A DNA stretch of 10,596 bases, taken from NCBI GenBank assembly GCA_964013405.1, contig CAXGWI010000124.1:1-10596 (forward strand), written 5' to 3'. A program made the position numbers and the translations under genes. The notes beneath the pieces are model-generated. The model made no database searches. It worked only from the letters and a program-made list of their open reading frames with translations, and was not told the DNA's origin. Positions within the stretch are counted from its first letter, which is position 1. Every line of letters begins with the position of its first letter. Positions 7,023-10,596 of the stretch are shown piece by piece. Source of the DNA: an uncultured Myxococcales bacterium (GTDB lineage Bacteria; Myxococcota; UBA4151).

Positions 7023-8300
7023 CTAGTCGCCTGCGCAACGAGCGTTGGTACAGACCCGACCCGCTGGGTTACCGTCTTGATCTTCGAAGGCACTGCAATC
7101 GAAACCCCGGGGACAGTCCGCCACATCCCGACAGCCAAGAGCACAGGCTTTGCCTCGACTGTTGCCCTCCGGGTCCTGGTACTCGACACAGAGACTGTCT
7201 TCCCCGAAACGGGGGGCTGGACAGTCATTGCCGTCATTGCAGGCCTGGCAAAAGTCGATCGCTGGCTCGAAGCACATCCCGGTCTCAACGTCTGCAGGAC
7301 ATGTCTCGCCATCTTGTGCGTACAAGCCGGCACCACAACAGAACTGACCCAACTCGCAGTCTAATTCTTTCGTGCGACAGGGCCGGTCCACACAGGCCTG
7401 GTCCCGGCAGACTTGCGTGGCCGAGCAATGATCGTCGGTCCGGCAGCCTTCCAAGCACTGGCGAGTGTCCGGGTCGCAATACACACCAAAGACGGGAGGG
7501 CAGTCGTTGTCGTCACCGCAGCCCGGCAAACGACAGCGCCCCTCCCGGCACTCATAGCCCTCGCTGCAATCGGCTTGCTCGACACAGGCATCGCCACAGC
7601 GCCCCGTGTCGTGGCAGACTTGGTTGTTGGGGCAGCCCCGTTCGGCACAACCCCGCACACAGAGCCCGTCGGGGCCACAAATCTGACCGGTGATACAATC
7701 ATCATCGCCGCCACAGAGCTCCAGGCAAAGTCCTGGGTCCTCATCCCGCTGGCTGCAACTGTTCCCCTCAGGACAGTCACTGGCCTCACTGCAGTGCAGG
7801 ATTCCACCGCATTGGTCCCGGTCTCCAGGCACACAATAGCCGTCGTCGCTGCGTAGTTGACCCCGTGGGCAGGCCCGACGCCCGGCTTCGAGGAGGCACA
7901 CCCGCGTGCCACCAAAATCACCGCAGCGATTACTCAGACCGGTGGCGCTGTCCTCGCCGCACTGCCGATCATCCCTACAGGGGGCACAAAGGGGGCGCGC
8001 GCGCTTGCAGAATCCTTCGAGGCAATAGCCCTTACCGGCGAATCCGCAGGTCGCCTGATCGCAGGGGTTACAGTGGTAATCTTCCTGACAGTCCACCGCA
8101 TTTCGACAAAGCCCATCCTCACCACAGATTTCCTGGGCCGGGCATTCATCGTCGTAACTACAACTCGACCGCGGCGCCGGAATCACCGCACTGCCCCCAC
8201 CTGCGTCGGCTCCAGGCGCCGTTCCGCCCCTTCCGTCGTCCCCACCCTCGGGGCATCCAACCATGGCACACAGAACAAAAAGGACGGTAAGACGGTTCAT
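7023..8300 (-). CDS. Cysteine-rich repeat lipoprotein (putative disulfide-bonded surface protein/adhesin)
   Basis: Lipobox LCAMVG-C16, then a Gly/Ala linker, then many C-x5-C-x5-C-x4/5-C units (e.g. CSYDDECPAQEICGEDGLC, CVEQADCSEGYECREGRC, CRTDDHCSATQVCRDQAC). I count 60 Cys in 425 aa. GGAG lies at 8306-8309, upstream of the ATG. Confidence 0.85.
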   Translation of the reverse strand: MNRLTVLFVLCAMVGCPEGGDDGRGGTAPGADAGGGSAVIPAPRSSCSYDDECPAQEICGEDGLCRNAVDCQEDYHCNPCDQATCGFAGKGYCLEGFCKRARPLCAPCRDDRQCGEDSATGLSNRCGDFGGTRVCLLEAGRRACPRGQLRSDDGYCVPGDRDQCGGILHCSEASDCPEGNSCSQRDEDPGLCLELCGGDDDCITGQICGPDGLCVRGCAERGCPNNQVCHDTGRCGDACVEQADCSEGYECREGRCRLPGCGDDNDCPPVFGVYCDPDTRQCLEGCRTDDHCSATQVCRDQACVDRPCRTKELDCELGQFCCGAGLYAQDGETCPADVETGMCFEPAIDFCQACNDGNDCPAPRFGEDSLCVEYQDPEGNSRGKACALGCRDVADCPRGFDCSAFEDQDGNPAGRVCTNARCAGD

Positions 8301-8323
8301 GGCAGCTCCGGGCGCAATCTGGG

Positions 8324-8346
8324 CCTTGAGCCACTCCGGTTCAAGG
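8324..8346. promoter_or_regulatory. Intergenic inverted repeat CCTTGA-N11-TCAAGG (possible operator or hairpin)
   Basis: Plus strand ccttgagccactccggttcaagg, 23 nt upstream of the Cys-rich lipoprotein start. Confidence 0.3.
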
Positions 8347-8392
8347 AGAAAGCCTCATCACCGTGCAGCCATTAGTCGATGGGGTCTTTCGA

Positions 8393-9097
8393 CTAACCTT
8401 CGTCTTCGACTTCGAGGGCCTGCTGCGCCATGGAGGCGAGTGCCATTGCGAGCACCTTCGCACGCTGGCTGTGCCCAGAAGCCCCCTCGGGATCCCGCAA
8501 AGCAATCTCTTTGATATCGTCTGCTGCCGCATCAAATTGCCGTTGCTGCACTCGAATCTCTGCCCGGTTACAGCGGGCTGCCAGGTCATTTTCATTGAGC
8601 GCGATGGCCCGGTCGTACTCGATGGAGGCTTCCTCCAGTTTTTGACGCTGCTGATACACGGCGCCCAGGCCGGTATGGAAGCTCCCCTCATAGGGATCGA
8701 GTGCGACCAGACCCTCAAAGACGGTCGCGGCTTCATCGAGTTTGCCCGTATCGAAGAACAATTGGCCCTGAGCAGCGATGTCGAACAGTTCCTGCCGGCT
8801 CATCTCGTAGAGATCGGCCATCACGATATCCCCCTGCAAGAAGGCTCGCATACGGATCACTGGGTCGATATTGCTCATGGGTCTCGGGTCGACCGCTTGG
8901 CTTCCCACGGCCCTGGCTTGCAATTCGGGGACGTCCGCCATCGACACGGGCTCCGGTGTGGCCTCTTCGGCCACCTCAGCGCCTTGGGCTGCCTCCTGCG
9001 GCAGCGGCTCCCCGGCCGTTGGCGTCAACGACCGGCTGGCAGCGCCGTCGAGATCCTCGAGTTTGAGGGCAGGCTTTTCAATCGATTCATCAGCCAC
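8393..9097 (-). CDS. SycD/LcrH (CesD)-family type III secretion TPR chaperone-like protein with acidic N-terminal extension
   Basis: FLQGDIVMADLYEMSRQELFDIAAQGQLFFDTGKLDEAATVFEGLVALDPYEGSFHTGLGAVYQQ resembles the class II chaperone pattern (F..G.TL..L.......LE.IY..G...Y..GK..EA...F..L...DPY...Y..GLGA..Q). About three TPRs, acidic. GTG start with AGGAGGA 7 nt upstream. Confidence 0.8.
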   Translation of the reverse strand: MADESIEKPALKLEDLDGAASRSLTPTAGEPLPQEAAQGAEVAEEATPEPVSMADVPELQARAVGSQAVDPRPMSNIDPVIRMRAFLQGDIVMADLYEMSRQELFDIAAQGQLFFDTGKLDEAATVFEGLVALDPYEGSFHTGLGAVYQQRQKLEEASIEYDRAIALNENDLAARCNRAEIRVQQRQFDAAADDIKEIALRDPEGASGHSQRAKVLAMALASMAQQALEVEDEG

Positions 9098-9104
9098 CGT
9101 GCGC

Positions 9105-9111
9105 TCCTCCT
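9105..9111 (-). promoter_or_regulatory. Shine-Dalgarno AGGAGGA of the TPR chaperone gene
   Basis: The plus strand reads tcctcct at 9105-9111, 7 nt from GTG 9097. Confidence 0.8.
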
Positions 9112-9144
9112 ATCTTCCTGTGGGGGGATGGTAGAGGGACTTTC

Positions 9145-9179
9145 AAAAAAGAAGAAGGGGGGCTGGCTAGCCCCCCTTC
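9145..9179 (-). terminator. Rho-independent terminator after the 446-aa gene
   Basis: The minus strand reads GAAGGGGGGCT-AGCC-AGCCCCCCTTC (perfect 11-bp stem, 4-nt loop) followed by TTCTTTTTT. It starts 17 nt after the TAA stop. Confidence 0.88.
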
Positions 9180-9196
9180 ATCAAGCCCCCTTGGGA

Positions 9197-10537
9197 TTAG
9201 CCAAGGTGCGGCTGGGACAAGAAGGAGTTGCTCAAGTCCGTGCTGAGGTCATTCATCTGACCAAACAGCGCCGCCATGCTCGCAACACTCTGGTTCATGG
9301 CACCAAACTGGGCTCCGGCGTTGAAACCGTTGGCGAAGCCGGCGCCGTAAAGGGCGGCTCCCCCCATGGGACCAGCGTACACGCTGTTGAAGCCACCATA
9401 GTTGTTCAGGGCCGCATTCACCGGCATCCACGGGCTGCGCTGGGCTTCGGTGAACTCGCCGGCGAGGGCATCCCAGTGAGAGGTGCTCACCTGATATTGG
9501 CTGCCAAACAGCGGGTGGCTCACCTGAGTCATCTGGGTGGCGTAGATGTTCCAAGGCACATCCAAGGGCCGGTAACCTTCCCAATGGGCGTCCAGTCGGT
9601 CACCCAGCTGGTAGGCCAACTCTTTGTTGTCCTTGCCCTTGCCAGCACCGCTGATGACCTCACGGCCATCTTGGGTCCAGTCGTCACCATCGCCAGCGAT
9701 ACGGAAGGTCTGACCATCGTCGCTGTCCAAGTCATGGGCGAAGCCATCGTTGGTCACGTCGCTGAAGGTGGTTTTGAAGGTCTGTTGGGCCACCTGGTCC
9801 TCGCGAACCTGACTGGTGACCGTGCGCTCTTGCTGATCATCACGGACAATGGCGCGGCCGGTGTTGCGGCGATTGGTGTTCACGGTGCGCCAGTCACCGG
9901 CCTGCTGGGACAGGGTCTCCCGGTTGACCGTCTGCCACTGAGCGTTGGTCAATTCCGACTTCACGCTGACGTGCTTGTTGCCATTGTAGATATCCACCTG
10001 ATTGATGTGGAGATCCTTGTCCTTGCCCTGCTCCTGAATGGTGATCTTCGTGCCATCGGGCAGGTTAAACGAGCCGGTGCCCGCGTAGCGCCACACATCA
10101 CCATCGCTCTCACGAACCACGGGATCCCGCGGCAACTGGCGCTCCACCGTGGACTGGGTGCGAGTTTCGGTATTGGTGACCGACTTGGTCACAGAGCGGT
10201 TGGGCGGCTCAGCCTTGAGCTGTGTCGTCTTGCCGCTGGGGCCCTTGATCGTCACGGTGCCATCTTTGACCGCAACTTCGTAACCGCCGGGGGTCTTCAC
10301 CACGCCGGCCTTCTTGTCGACGTCGAGATTCCCTGCGTTGGCATAGTCAGGCATCAAGCCAAACTGGGTGCTCGTGGTCGCATTCCAGTTCATCATGCTC
10401 GCCAAGTTGTTAAACTGGCTAAACATCGACTGGAGTCCGTTGACGCCCATATTGTTAGGGGTCAACTGGGCCTGAAGGTTTCCGGCCCAGGCGAACTGGT
10501 TGATGAGGCTGGCGTTTAAGTTGTTACCGATATGCAT
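9197..10537 (-). CDS. DUF1521/MIIA (metal-ion-inducible autocleavage)-like domain protein, putative type III secretion substrate
   Basis: Residues ~70-297 contain KTPGGYEV..VTIKGPSGKTT, DPVVRESDGDVWRY...SFNLPDGTKITI, VDIYNGNKHVSV, VTNDGF and GDGDDWTQDGREVISG. This follows the DUF1521 pattern I recall (T.GGY.I...ITGPDGK.T..WGDPHV.E.DG..WDF...TF.L.DGTKI...DDW...GREI). There is no Sec signal and no Cys. GAGGAG lies 6 nt upstream. Confidence 0.72.
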   Translation of the reverse strand: MHIGNNLNASLINQFAWAGNLQAQLTPNNMGVNGLQSMFSQFNNLASMMNWNATTSTQFGLMPDYANAGNLDVDKKAGVVKTPGGYEVAVKDGTVTIKGPSGKTTQLKAEPPNRSVTKSVTNTETRTQSTVERQLPRDPVVRESDGDVWRYAGTGSFNLPDGTKITIQEQGKDKDLHINQVDIYNGNKHVSVKSELTNAQWQTVNRETLSQQAGDWRTVNTNRRNTGRAIVRDDQQERTVTSQVREDQVAQQTFKTTFSDVTNDGFAHDLDSDDGQTFRIAGDGDDWTQDGREVISGAGKGKDNKELAYQLGDRLDAHWEGYRPLDVPWNIYATQMTQVSHPLFGSQYQVSTSHWDALAGEFTEAQRSPWMPVNAALNNYGGFNSVYAGPMGGAALYGAGFANGFNAGAQFGAMNQSVASMAALFGQMNDLSTDLSNSFLSQPHLG

Positions 10538-10543
10538 GATCTT

Positions 10544-10549
10544 CTCCTC
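10544..10549 (-). promoter_or_regulatory. Shine-Dalgarno GAGGAG of the 446-aa gene
   Basis: The plus strand reads ctcctc at 10544-10549, 6 nt from ATG 10537. Confidence 0.8.
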
Positions 10550-10596
10550 GTTGCTTGGGCTGAGCCCGACTCGGTCATCTTACGTATGAGCTTATC

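Noticed and set aside
9098..9199. Possible stop-codon read-through fusing the MIIA-like protein to the in-frame chaperone
   Set aside because: The genes share a frame, but a second in-frame TAG occurs 10 codons after the TAA, and a terminator lies in between.
8363..10519. 718-aa plus-strand ORF
   Set aside because: It is an exact in-register antisense shadow of two well-supported minus-strand genes that share a frame. It runs through a terminator (translated KKKKGG), has no recognisable motifs, and is explained by avoidance of TTA/CTA/TCA codons.
10591..10596. GATAAG at the minus-strand window edge as part of a sigma28-type -10 box (GCCGATAA)
   Set aside because: It is truncated by the window edge. 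The preceding bases and any -35 element cannot be seen, so it cannot be supported.
1..10596. CRISPR arrays, tRNA/rRNA genes, IS elements/integrases, sigma54 promoters
   Set aside because: I saw no spaced direct repeats, RNA-gene signatures or transposase/integrase motifs. TTGC-containing intergenic candidates lack the correct GG-N10-GC spacing.

Overview
This is a GC-rich bacterial window, most likely from Myxococcota given a MYXO-CTERM tail and myxobacterial-style Cys-rich repeats. All credible genes are on the minus strand. In transcription order (right to left) they are: (1) a 446-aa Cys-free protein with a DUF1521/MIIA-like (metal-ion-inducible autocleavage) domain, a non-canonical RD|PV site and charge-free termini, followed by a strong intrinsic terminator; (2) a SycD/LcrH-like type III secretion TPR chaperone; (3) a 60-Cys repeat lipoprotein; (4) a membrane-anchored caspase-like (clan CD) peptidase with an intact His/Cys dyad; (5) FAD glycerol-3-phosphate dehydrogenase GlpD; (6) an alpha/beta-hydrolase lipoprotein; (7) a TIGR03790-family protein with an Ig-like domain and MYXO-CTERM anchor; (8) the 5' end of an unknown gene that runs off the left edge. 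The most interesting element is the MIIA-like protein plus T3SS-chaperone pair, with no T3SS apparatus gene in the window, next to a cluster of surface-exposed hydrolases and a putative adhesin. All family calls come from motif recognition by eye; no database search was run.
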